Shown: positions 17,375 to 27,300 of the stretch, piece after piece
Layout of the letters: each line of letters begins with the position of its first letter
Position numbering within the stretch: position 1 is the first letter of the stretch
Source of the DNA: a candidate division TM6 bacterium GW2011_GWF2_28_16
GTDB taxonomy: Bacteria > Patescibacteriota > Microgenomatia > UBA1400 > PJMF01
Assembly: GCA_001029715.1 (NCBI GenBank)
Contig: CP011212.1
Span: 195,407 to 259,406 of the forward strand
Direction of reading: 5' to 3'
Length of the DNA stretch: 64,000 nucleotides
Translations under genes and position numbers: made by a program
The notes under the pieces: model-generated
What the model saw: the letters and a program-made list of their open reading frames with translations, nothing else
The model's database searches: none
What the model was told of the DNA's origin: nothing

Positions 17375-19279
17375 ATGTCAGATTTATCTTTTGTTCGTCA
17401 ACAATATTTGAACTATTTTAAGAGTTTGGATCATAAGATTGTGCCTTCAGCTCCTCTGGTTCCTGAAAATGATCCAAGTACTTTATTCACTAGTGCTGGC
17501 ATGCAGTCGATGATCCCTTATTTTTTTGGTGCGGCTCATCCTGAGGGTAAAAGAGTTGCCAATTCGCAAAAATGTTTCAGAGCTGATGACATTGAAGAAG
17601 TTGGCGATAATCGTCACACTACTTTTTTTGAAATGTTAGGTAATTGGTCTTTTGGAGATTATTTCAAAAAAGAACAGATTACTTTTGTTTTTAATTTTTT
17701 AGTCAAAGAACTAAAACTTGACCCAAAAAAGCTTTATGTATCCTGTTTTTCTGGTAATAAAGAATTAGGAATTGAGCGTGATAATGAAGCCGCTGAGCTT
17801 TGGCAGGAACTTTTTCAGAGCGTTGGAGTAGAGGCTAAAATTATTGACAATCCAGAGGAAGCTGGTTTGCAAGATGGAAAAATTTATTTTTACGGTGAGA
17901 AAAAAAATTGGTGGTCACGTTCTGGTGTGCCGGTCAACATGCCAGTTGGTGAACCGGGTGGACCAGACAGTGAGATTTTTTATGATTTTGGTGAGCAAGA
18001 TAGTGATCTAGCCAGAGCAATGCACGCTGAGAATCCTTGTCACATTAATTGCGATTGTGGCAGATTTTTGGAAATTGGTAATTCTGTTTTTATGCAGTAT
18101 CAAAAAACCAATTCTGGTTTTGTGCCACTCGCTCAAGCAAATATTGATTTCGGTGGCGGTTTAGGAAGAATTTTAGCAGCTTATCAGAATCAGCCGGATG
18201 TTTTTAAAACAGACGCCTTTTTACCTTTGATTGAAAAAATCCAATCTTTTACAAGTTTTAGTTACGACGATCAAGATAAACAAAAATATTTCCGAGTTAT
18301 TGCTGACCACATGAAAGCAGCAGTCATGTTGATGTCTGATGGAGTTTTTCCCTCAAGTAAAGAGCAGGGATATGTTTTGCGTCGTCTACTGCGTCGTGCT
18401 TTGCGCCAAGCCGCTTATTTAGAGATCAAACAGGAAACTTTAGTAGAATTAGTGCCAAGCGTAGTTGAGATCTATGCAGATTTTTATCCACAGCTTAAAG
18501 AACAACAGGCAAAAATTAGCCAAGTTTTAGCTGATGAGCAAAAGAAATTCAGTAGAAGTTTAAGTAAAGGTTTAAAAGAGTTTGAAAAAATGCTGGCTCA
18601 AAAAAGCCTTTTTACGGCTGAAATTGCCTTTTATTTATACGAAAGTTTTGGTTTTCCTTTTGAGCTTTCTCTCGAAGAGGCAAAGAATCGATCGCTGCAA
18701 ATAGAAGAAAAAATCGAAGAAAAATATCAATCCAAAAAAACTTTTCATTCGCTTAACTCCAAACAAGGTAGTCAAGCTCAGTTCAAGAGTGGTTTGGCTG
18801 ATCAAGGAGAAATGACCACTAAGTATCACACCGTCACTCATTTACTTCATGCTGCTTTACGTCAAGTTCTTGGTGACAGCGTGGAGCAAAAAGGTTCCAA
18901 TATTACTGCCGAGCGTTTGCGTTTTGACTTTTCTCATCCAAAAGCTTTAACCGCAGTAGAAAAAGCCAATGTGGAGTCTTTAATTAATGAGTGGATCAAG
19001 GCTGATTTTGAAGTTGATAAGCAGATTATGCCAAAGAGTGAGGCTCTGAAAACTGGCGCTGTTGCTTTATTTATTGATAAATATCCAGATATAGTCAATG
19101 TTTATTCAATTGGTAAAAATCCATCAGGCAATAAAAAAGGCGAAGATTTCATCTCTCGCGAGCTTTGTTCTGGTCCACATGTCGAGAGAACTGGGGTTAT
19201 TGGAGAGATCACTCTGACCAAGGAAAAAGCGGTTGCCGATGGGATCAGAAGAATATACGCTCTTCAAAAAAGCGCTTAA
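17375..19279 (+). CDS. alaS: Alanine--tRNA ligase (short form, no C-Ala domain)
   Basis: DPSTLFTSAGM, HTTFFEMLGNWSFGDYFK, editing motifs HTVTH and CSGPH. Confidence 0.95.
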   Translation: MSDLSFVRQQYLNYFKSLDHKIVPSAPLVPENDPSTLFTSAGMQSMIPYFFGAAHPEGKRVANSQKCFRADDIEEVGDNRHTTFFEMLGNWSFGDYFKKEQITFVFNFLVKELKLDPKKLYVSCFSGNKELGIERDNEAAELWQELFQSVGVEAKIIDNPEEAGLQDGKIYFYGEKKNWWSRSGVPVNMPVGEPGGPDSEIFYDFGEQDSDLARAMHAENPCHINCDCGRFLEIGNSVFMQYQKTNSGFVPLAQANIDFGGGLGRILAAYQNQPDVFKTDAFLPLIEKIQSFTSFSYDDQDKQKYFRVIADHMKAAVMLMSDGVFPSSKEQGYVLRRLLRRALRQAAYLEIKQETLVELVPSVVEIYADFYPQLKEQQAKISQVLADEQKKFSRSLSKGLKEFEKMLAQKSLFTAEIAFYLYESFGFPFELSLEEAKNRSLQIEEKIEEKYQSKKTFHSLNSKQGSQAQFKSGLADQGEMTTKYHTVTHLLHAALRQVLGDSVEQKGSNITAERLRFDFSHPKALTAVEKANVESLINEWIKADFEVDKQIMPKSEALKTGAVALFIDKYPDIVNVYSIGKNPSGNKKGEDFISRELCSGPHVERTGVIGEITLTKEKAVADGIRRIYALQKSA

Positions 19280-19294
19280 TTTTGCTTTAATGGA

Positions 19295-19458
19295 ATAGAG
19301 TTCTGTACTTTAATACAGTCACGCTTCACTAAAATTGTTTGTTATTTAAATTAACAATCTTCTTTTCGCTCAGTGAAGTCGCTGTTTATTGAATAAGTGC
19401 CAACTCACGCTAATTAATCAGCTCCTTCAATGGACTGTATTAAAGTACAGAACTCTAT
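19295..19458. repeat. 164-nt structured element, copy A (candidate ncRNA / dispersed repeat)
   Basis: Perfect 26-bp terminal inverted repeat 19295-19320/19433-19458; core homologous (inverted) to 52128-52247. Confidence 0.75.
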
Positions 19459-19477
19459 ATAATAAAAACTAAACGTT

Positions 19478-21697
19478 ATGCCCGACCAAGAGAAACATTA
19501 TTTTCTTACTGTTTTGTTGACTGATAAGTTTTTGCAATCATCTTTGGTTTCAAATAATGGTCAAGGTATTCAGATCAAAGAATTTTCAGAAATTAAGGCT
19601 TATTTCGATCGTAAAGATTTACTAGAGCAACTAGATAAAAGTTTGCAGCAGCTGGGTCCAGATTCTCAAGATGTAGTGGAAACTGTTTTTGCTTTTGATA
19701 ACACTTGGCTAGAAGATAAAGATCTAAGCGATACAAAGAAGCCTATCGTTAAGGAAATTTCTGAAGAATTAAGCTTAGATGCCATTGGACAATTTAGTAT
19801 TTCGGAAGCTATGGCTGAAGCTCGTTTAATTGGAGATGAGGGTGATTCTTGTCTTTTACTGATTTTCAAAGAAGATAGTTTTGATCTTATTTTTCTCAAA
19901 CATGGACAATTCTTAGATTTAATCACAGTTGGTCGCTCTGGAAATATAGTAAATGACTTCAATGAAGTTTTAGCCAGAGCATCTAAACATTTAGGTCAAG
20001 AAGGCAAATACTTTCCAAATAAAATTTTAATGACTTCTATTGCCCTTAAGCAAAAAGAGTTGGAGTCTTTACACGATCAATTAGTCAAAGAAGATTGGAC
20101 AAATAATCCTGGTTTCACTCAAGCTCCAAATATTGTTGTTTTGGAGGCTGATTATATGATCAAATCAGTAAGTTTGAGTGCTGGGAAAATTTTCACTAAA
20201 GAAAATTTTCTAGCTAAAATGCCAAACGCTGGCGAGCAAAGAATTGATACATCAAGGCAAGAGATAAAGCCAGAGCCAGAAAAAGAAATTGAGCCAGATT
20301 TATCATTAGAACAGGTTGAGGAATTGAAACCAGTTGGACCAACTATCGAGCCAATTAAAAATCAAATAAATGAAGATTATGCAGTTGAAAAGCCAAGCGC
20401 TAGTAGTTTTGGGATTAAATTCGATCAGAATTATTTTTCTAAAGACAAAGAGAAGGCTGTAATGCAAGATCAAGATTTCCAAAGAATCGAAGAAACAAAA
20501 AATCAGTCTAAAAAGAAACGTTCTCCTTTGGCTAGATTTTATCTAGCTCACAAGAAAATGATTTTACTTGGCTTTGCTGCCGGTTTATTAGCTGTTCTAT
20601 TAATTTTTACTATTTTTTCTTTTTTCTTTTCTAAGGTTAAAGTTATTTTAACTCCTGAACAAACCTTACTCCAAAAAAATGTTGCCATTGTTCTGGATCC
20701 GAATATTGAAGATTCTGATTTTAGTAAAGCACTTTTAAAAGCTTCTTTAGAAGATAAAGAGATTAGCGGTCAAGATGTTACTGCCACTACTGGTATTGGT
20801 TTGGTAGGTGATAAAGCAAAAGGTAAAGTTGCTATTTATAATAAAACTTCTGAAGAAACTGAACTAAATAGTGGAACGATTATTAGTAGTGAAGGAATTA
20901 AATTTTTACTTGATGAGACAGTTAAGGTTCCTGCTGCTACCGAAAAAGATGGTGGTTCTGGTGTAGATTACGGCAAAATTGAAGTAGCGGTTACAGCCAA
21001 TGATATTGGCTCAGAAGCTAATCTCAATAAAGATACCAAGTTTCGCGTGGCTGATTACTTTGATGATAAGTTTTCTGCTACTGCGACCGACACTTTCTCT
21101 GGTGGTTCTAGTCGAGAAGTTAGAGTTGTAGCAGAAGTTGATCAAAGTCGTTTGCTTGCTAGTTTGAGTGAAAAATTAGTAATCGAAGCAAGTAAAGAAC
21201 TTGAAGAAGAATCTAAAGATGGCGTCCATTTAGTTCCCACTAGTAAGACTACTGTAACAAAGAGCGATTTTTCTGCCAAAGTTGGAGATGAAACAGAGTC
21301 ATTGAGTCTGGATCTCAGCTTGGAAGTTGAAGCAGTCAAATATCTTTCTTCAGATCTTAAGCAATTAGCATTGGCGATTCTTAAAGAAGATTTGCCAGAT
21401 GGTTATGCTTTTATCGACCAAGATCCATCTTTATTAAGTGATAAAGCCCAAGTGGCATCAGGATCAAGTAAGATTAAATTAAATGCTGACTTAAGTGCTA
21501 AAGCTGTGGCTAGTTTAAAATTAGACGAGCTAAAAAAAGAAGTTTTAGGTCAGCAGTGGTCTGAAGTAATTAAGAACTTAGAAGATAAAAGTGAGATTAA
21601 GCAGGTTCAGGTAATTTACAATCCGCCTTTTTTGAATGGCATTTTACGTAAGTTGCCAAGTGATCAGTCCAGAATTACCGTAGAACTGAGTAAGTAA
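19478..21697 (+). CDS. Large membrane protein: cytoplasmic N-domain, TM helix, extracellular baseplate-J-like beta region
   Basis: Central TM helix; KAKGKVAIYN, GTII...GIKFLLDETVKVP, VTANDIGSEAN, FSGGSS resemble baseplate J-like domains. Confidence 0.55.
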   Translation: MPDQEKHYFLTVLLTDKFLQSSLVSNNGQGIQIKEFSEIKAYFDRKDLLEQLDKSLQQLGPDSQDVVETVFAFDNTWLEDKDLSDTKKPIVKEISEELSLDAIGQFSISEAMAEARLIGDEGDSCLLLIFKEDSFDLIFLKHGQFLDLITVGRSGNIVNDFNEVLARASKHLGQEGKYFPNKILMTSIALKQKELESLHDQLVKEDWTNNPGFTQAPNIVVLEADYMIKSVSLSAGKIFTKENFLAKMPNAGEQRIDTSRQEIKPEPEKEIEPDLSLEQVEELKPVGPTIEPIKNQINEDYAVEKPSASSFGIKFDQNYFSKDKEKAVMQDQDFQRIEETKNQSKKKRSPLARFYLAHKKMILLGFAAGLLAVLLIFTIFSFFFSKVKVILTPEQTLLQKNVAIVLDPNIEDSDFSKALLKASLEDKEISGQDVTATTGIGLVGDKAKGKVAIYNKTSEETELNSGTIISSEGIKFLLDETVKVPAATEKDGGSGVDYGKIEVAVTANDIGSEANLNKDTKFRVADYFDDKFSATATDTFSGGSSREVRVVAEVDQSRLLASLSEKLVIEASKELEEESKDGVHLVPTSKTTVTKSDFSAKVGDETESLSLDLSLEVEAVKYLSSDLKQLALAILKEDLPDGYAFIDQDPSLLSDKAQVASGSSKIKLNADLSAKAVASLKLDELKKEVLGQQWSEVIKNLEDKSEIKQVQVIYNPPFLNGILRKLPSDQSRITVELSK

Positions 21698-21702
21698 TCT
21701 CT

Positions 21703-22644
21703 ATGTCAAAAAATTTCAAAATAAATAAGCAAGAGTTGCTAGGGGTTTACAGGCAAGCTCTCTTAAAGAATGTTTCTTTGGATGAGTTAGATAATAAATT
21801 TTCTGATTTTATTAAGCGTGACGCAGCTAATAAAAATTTTGAAAAAGAGCTGGATAAAAAAATTGAATCTAAATTTTGGCAGCGCATCCCACAGTATATT
21901 AAGGTTGGCGCTGCCGCAATGCCATTAATTCTAATTATCATAGGGATTGTTTTAGCTGGTAGCGCTGCTTGGCCAATTATTAGTCAAGTTTTAACTAAAA
22001 ATGATCAAAAGGCAAGTGAACTATTGTCTCCTCTGTCTAAAACTCAAATAGCAAATTCCAATAACTTAGTTTTTGCCAAATCTAGTTTAATCGATGAAAA
22101 TGAAGTAGCTCCAGTTTTAGATGAGCCAATTATTTTAGATTACAATCTCGATTACACTGACTTAAGTAATTGGTTTGATGAGCAAAGTTCTGCTTTTTCA
22201 GATGTTGATTATCAGGCTGAAGAATATCGTCTTGATATTCCAGCAGTGAATGTCAGCAATGCCAAGGTTAAAGTTGGTGGTACAGATCTCAATAAAAGCT
22301 TAATTCAATATCCTGGCACCGCTCTTCCTGGTCAGCCTGGTGCCCCAGTGATTTTTGGTCATTCTGTTTTGCGTCAGTTTTATAATCCTAGTGAAAAGAA
22401 TTCTCGTCGCTACACTTCTATTTTTAGCAAAATTATGACTCTCAAAAATGGAGATATGATTTATTTGACTTATAATAACGCCAAATATACTTATCAGGTG
22501 CAAAGCAATACCGAGGTGAAGCCAACTGATACTTTTATTTTGGCGCAACGCTATGATGCTCGTCAACTTAAGTTAGTCACTTGTGTTCCAGAGGGAACGG
22601 TTCTACGTCGAGGAGTGGTAATAGCACAGCTAATAAAAGAATAA
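21703..22644 (+). CDS. Sortase
   Basis: TM anchor, LDIPAV, YPGTALPG, VIFGHS, catalytic LVTC and downstream R. Confidence 0.88.
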   Translation: MSKNFKINKQELLGVYRQALLKNVSLDELDNKFSDFIKRDAANKNFEKELDKKIESKFWQRIPQYIKVGAAAMPLILIIIGIVLAGSAAWPIISQVLTKNDQKASELLSPLSKTQIANSNNLVFAKSSLIDENEVAPVLDEPIILDYNLDYTDLSNWFDEQSSAFSDVDYQAEEYRLDIPAVNVSNAKVKVGGTDLNKSLIQYPGTALPGQPGAPVIFGHSVLRQFYNPSEKNSRRYTSIFSKIMTLKNGDMIYLTYNNAKYTYQVQSNTEVKPTDTFILAQRYDARQLKLVTCVPEGTVLRRGVVIAQLIKE

Positions 22645-22645
22645 T

Positions 22646-23059
22646 ATGAAAAAATTTCTAGGAATTGATTATGGAACTAGGAGAATTGGATTAGCCTTCA
22701 ATGTGGCTAGTTTAGCTGAACCTTTTTTGGTTATTGCTAATAAAACTAGTGAAGAGAATCCAATAGCTAACGAAGAAGTCCTATCTAAAATAGCTAACAT
22801 TTGTCAAGAAAAAGCCATTAATGAGATTGTTCTAGGTATTTCGGAAGCGCAAATGGCTTTGAAAATTAAAGATTTTGCTGTTCTCCTTGAGAAAAAGACT
22901 TCTCTTCCAGTAAACATGATTGATGAAACTCTTTCTTCCTATGAAGTGGGCAGAAGAATGAAAGAAGCTGGTTTTAGCTTGAAAAAGCGTCAAGGTCAAA
23001 TTGATCATTACAGTGCTGCCCTGATCTTAGAAGATTTCCTTGAGAATTTGCCTCTATAA
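22646..23059 (+). CDS. yqgF: YqgF/RuvX pre-16S rRNA nuclease
   Basis: LGIDYGTRRIGLA, IDETLSS, IDHYSAALILE. Confidence 0.9.
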   Translation: MKKFLGIDYGTRRIGLAFNVASLAEPFLVIANKTSEENPIANEEVLSKIANICQEKAINEIVLGISEAQMALKIKDFAVLLEKKTSLPVNMIDETLSSYEVGRRMKEAGFSLKKRQGQIDHYSAALILEDFLENLPL

Positions 23060-23111
23060 AATTTCCTTCCAAACTATTTTTATGCTACACTTATTGCTTC
23101 AAACTTAAAAT

Positions 23112-24092
23112 ATGTTTAAAAAATTGCCAAAACTTTTCTTTTTACTTATTTCTTCACTAATTGTTTTAATTTCTTTGTTTTTTGCATTCGCTAGCTTTTT
23201 TCAGGCTAAATCAAATGTTAGTCAGCAAAGTATTCGTTTTGTAATTCCCAAAGGACAGGCTTTGTCGATCATTGCTTCCAGATTAGAAGAGGCAGATTTG
23301 ATTAAAAGCAAATGGGCTTTTCGTTTTGCAGTTTATAAAAATGACTTGACTAATAAAATTCAAGCCGGCAGTTTTGAGCTTTCATCCGACATGAATACTT
23401 GGGAAATTGCTCACGCTTTGACTGTTGGCACAGATGATACCTGGATAACTCTTCCAGAAGGTTGGCGTTTAGAAGAAATTGCGGAAAGTTTGAGTAAGCA
23501 GGGCTTAGAGAATTTTAATCAAACAGAATTTTTAAATTTAAGTAAAGGTTTGGAAGGGCAATTGTTTCCTGATACGTATTTAGTGCCAAGAGAAATTACC
23601 ACCACCACACTTTTATCTTTACTAAAAAACACTTTTGCTAGTAAAGTCAGCTCTGGGCTTAGTAAAGAAATTTCTTCAAGTAAAATGAGTCTGAACGAAG
23701 TTTTAACCTTAGCCTCTTTAGTTCAAAGAGAAAGTGCTAACGATGGAGAAATGCCACTTGTGGCACAGATTTTACTCAATCGTCTCGATATAAATATGCC
23801 TTTGCAAGTTGATGCAACACTACAATATGTTAAGGGTTATAGCAAAACCGAACTTTCTTGGTGGCAAACTCCTTTAGCTGAGGATAAGAAATTGGATTCA
23901 CTTTACAATACTTATAAAAACGCAGGTCTTCCTCCTGGACCAATTTGCAATCCAGGCTTAGCAGCGATCAAAGCGGCTTTAAATCCAGGTCAAACTCAGG
24001 CGCTCTATTATATTCATGATAATAGCGGTAAAATTCATACTGCTATTACTTTGGAGGAACATAATACTAACGTAAATAAATACTTGCGCTAG
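23112..24092 (+). CDS. mltG: Endolytic transglycosylase MltG
   Basis: TLPEGW, LEGQLFPDTY, LASLVQRE, LQVDAT, YNTY...GLPPGPICNPG. Confidence 0.92.
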   Translation: MFKKLPKLFFLLISSLIVLISLFFAFASFFQAKSNVSQQSIRFVIPKGQALSIIASRLEEADLIKSKWAFRFAVYKNDLTNKIQAGSFELSSDMNTWEIAHALTVGTDDTWITLPEGWRLEEIAESLSKQGLENFNQTEFLNLSKGLEGQLFPDTYLVPREITTTTLLSLLKNTFASKVSSGLSKEISSSKMSLNEVLTLASLVQRESANDGEMPLVAQILLNRLDINMPLQVDATLQYVKGYSKTELSWWQTPLAEDKKLDSLYNTYKNAGLPPGPICNPGLAAIKAALNPGQTQALYYIHDNSGKIHTAITLEEHNTNVNKYLR

Positions 24093-24284
24093 AGATTATT
24101 TGTTGCTATAATAGCAAATTGTCTAAAAGGGACTGAGTAGAAAACTAGCAGAAAAAACAAAGATTGGTGACTTTAGTTTTTATAAAACAACTAAGCAAGT
24201 AGTTTGGTTCACACAGCGTTATCGAGCATAAGCTGTGTTTTTTTGCTTTGTTAATCTTTGTTTATTTTTACTTTGTTCCTTTTA
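24084..24284 (+). promoter_or_regulatory. rpoB promoter and long structured 5' leader
   Basis: TTGCGC...TGCTATAAT promoter; long stem 24124-24167/24251-24284 with G:U pairs on + strand; internal ACACAGC/GCTGTGT hairpin + T-run. Confidence 0.55.
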
Positions 24285-24336
24285 AAAATCAAGTAGCAAG
24301 AAGAAATAGTTACACTAAAACTAAAAAGGAATTTTC

Positions 24337-27300
24337 ATGCCACAAAAAGCACGTCGTCAAAATTGGGGTCAAAAGCACCAGATTTTGCCAATCTTAGATC
24401 TTATTCAACTCCAAAGTGAGAGTTACAAGGATTTCTTAGAAAATGGCATTGCGGTTGCTCTCAAAGAAGTTAACGGCGACAAAGGCATTGAAGATTTTAC
24501 CGGTAAAAATTGGTCCCTAACTTTTGGCAAATATCGTTTTGGTGAAGTTAAATACAGTCCAGCTCAAGCCAAATCAAAAAATGTTTCCTATGACATGCCT
24601 TTATACGTTGAAGCCACTCTTCTTAATAAGAGAACTGGTGAGGAACGTACTCAAGAAGTTTTCTTAGGTGATATTCCAAAGATGACCGCTACTGGCAATT
24701 TTATTGTCAATGGTATCGAAAGAGGAATCGTTACTCAGTTAGTTAGATCTCCTGGTGTTTTCTTTTTGGGTGAAGAAGATTCAGCTAGTAAGCAATTACT
24801 TTATAAAACCGAACTTCGTCCAATGCGTGGTTCTTGGTTAGAGGTAACTGTCAGTCGTCGTAATGTAATCACTGTCAAAATTGATCGTCGTCGTAAGATG
24901 CCTGTGACTGTTTTACTTAGAGCTTTTGGTTATGAAAGCAATGATGATATTGCTGCTCTTTTTGAAGATGTGCTCAAAAAAGACAAATTAGATTTACTAA
25001 ACAATACTCTCAAAAAAGATTCCACTACCAATCAAGCTGAAGCTTTGATTGAAATTTATGAAAAGATGAGACCTGGTGAACCAGCTGTGCTCGAAACAGC
25101 TCGTGAATTTTTAAATCACATGTTTTTCGACGATCGTCGTTATGATCTCGGTGAAGTTGGTCGTTACAAAGTTAATCGTCGTTTAAAAATTGATGTTGAT
25201 AAGAAAAAAACCATTTTAGATCCTCAAGATCTGGTGGCTGCTATTGGCTACTTAATTGCGCTACAAAATGGTGAAGGTAAAGTCGATGATATTGACCATC
25301 TATCTAACCGTCGTGTTCGTCGTGTTGGCGAATTGGTTGCAGGCAATGCTTTCCGTATTGGCTTAATTCGTTTAGAGAGATCTATCCGTGAAAAAATGTC
25401 TTTAACTAAAACTGATGAAATTTTAACTCCATCAGCTTTAGTTAATGCTAGACCATTAATTGCTGCTGTTTCTGAATTTTTCCGTCGCAATCGTTTATCT
25501 GCAATTTTAGATCAAACTAATCCTTTATCTGAAGTCGATAACTTGCGTCGTTTATCCGTGATGGGAACTGGCGGTGTGACTCGCGAACGTGCTAGTTTCT
25601 CTATGCGTGACATTAATGCTTCCCAATATTCTCGTATTTGTCCAATTCGCTCACCAGAGGGTCCAAATATTGGTTTGGTGACTTACTTGTCACTTTATAC
25701 CAGAGTTAATGACTATGGTTTCTTAGAAGCTCCTTACCTTAAAGTTATCAACGTCAAAGGTAAGATGAAGATTACTGATGAGATCGTCTATTTAAGTGCT
25801 GATGAAGAAGAAGATTATCACATTACTCACGCTAGTATTGGCATTAGCGATGATGGCTACATTACCGAAGAGTGGATTCCAATGCGTTATAGAAATGAAT
25901 TCATTGAAAGTAGCGTTGAAGAAGTTGAATATATTGACGTTGTTCCAAGACAAGTGGTTGGTAGTTCTGCTTCATTAATTCCTTTTATTGCTCATGATGA
26001 AGCTAACCGTGCTTTGATGGGTTCTCATATGCAATGTCAGGCTGTGCCTTTAGTTAAAGCACAGGCTCCTGTGATTGGTACTGGTATGGAAGCAGAAATT
26101 GCTGCCGCCATGGGTCGTACCATCTTAGCTCCATTTGATGGTGTTATTGAATATGTAGACAGTAGTAAAGTTATTCTTAAATTAGATAAGAAACTTCATG
26201 AGAAAGCTAAAACTTTTGTAGAAGTCAGCAATAATGAATTAATTGAATTCAATAAAGGTTCAATTGAATACAAGCTGTCTAAATATGTTAGAACTTCGCA
26301 AAGTACCTGTTTCTCTCAAAAAGCTGTCGTTAAATTTGGCCAAGAAGTCAAAAAAGGCGACGTCTTAATTGATGGTCCAGCTACTGATCAAGGAGAATTG
26401 GCTCTAGGTACCAACTTATTAATTGCTTACACCTCATTTAATGGTTTAGGCTATGAAGATGCTTTGGTTATTTCAGATCGTTTAGTTAAAGAAGATGCTT
26501 TAACTTCTATCCAAATCAGTGAACATAAAGCTAAAGTCATGGACACTCGCTTAGGACCTGAGGAATTGACTAATGATATTCCAAATGTTAGCGAAACTTT
26601 CTTAGCTAATCTGACTGTTGATGGCATCATCCGTATTGGTAGTCACGTTAAATCAGGCGATATCTTAGTTGGTAAAGTTGCTCCAAAAGGTGAAACTGAA
26701 CTTTCTCCAGAAGAGCGTTTGCTCAGAGCTATCTTTGGTGAAAAATCCAAAGAAGTGCGCGATACTTCGCTTAGAATTCCTCATGGTGAAGAAGGTGTGG
26801 TTATTGATGTACAAATCTTAGATCGTGATTTAGGCGATGAGCTAGATCCAGGTACAATCAGAGAAGTAATCGTCAAGATTGCTGAAATGAGAAAAATCAC
26901 CGTTGGTGATAAGCTCGCTGGTCGCCATGGTAATAAAGGTGTTATTTCTAAGATTGTTCCAGCTGCTGATATGCCTCATTTAGAAGATGGCACTGCAGTG
27001 GATATTATCATTTCACCTCTTTCTGTTTTGGCTCGTATGAACCTTGGTCAGCTGCTCGAAACCCATTTGGGTTGGGCTGCCGATAAGTTGGGCTACAAAG
27101 TAGCTGTACCAGCTTTTGAAGAATTCAATGAAGATAAAATTTGGAATGAGCTAGAAAAAGCAGGCTTGCCAGTTTCTGGTAAAGCACAGCTTTACAATGG
27201 CTACACAGGTGAAGCTTACCGTGAGAAATCAGTGGTTGGTATCAACTACATTCTCAAATTAAGTCACATGGTTGAGGATAAAACTCATGCTCGTTCAACT

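Noticed and set aside
19295-19458. Integron attC site or classical MITE
   Set aside because: No RYYYAAC/GTTRRRY ends; terminal repeats differ between the two copies while the interior is conserved
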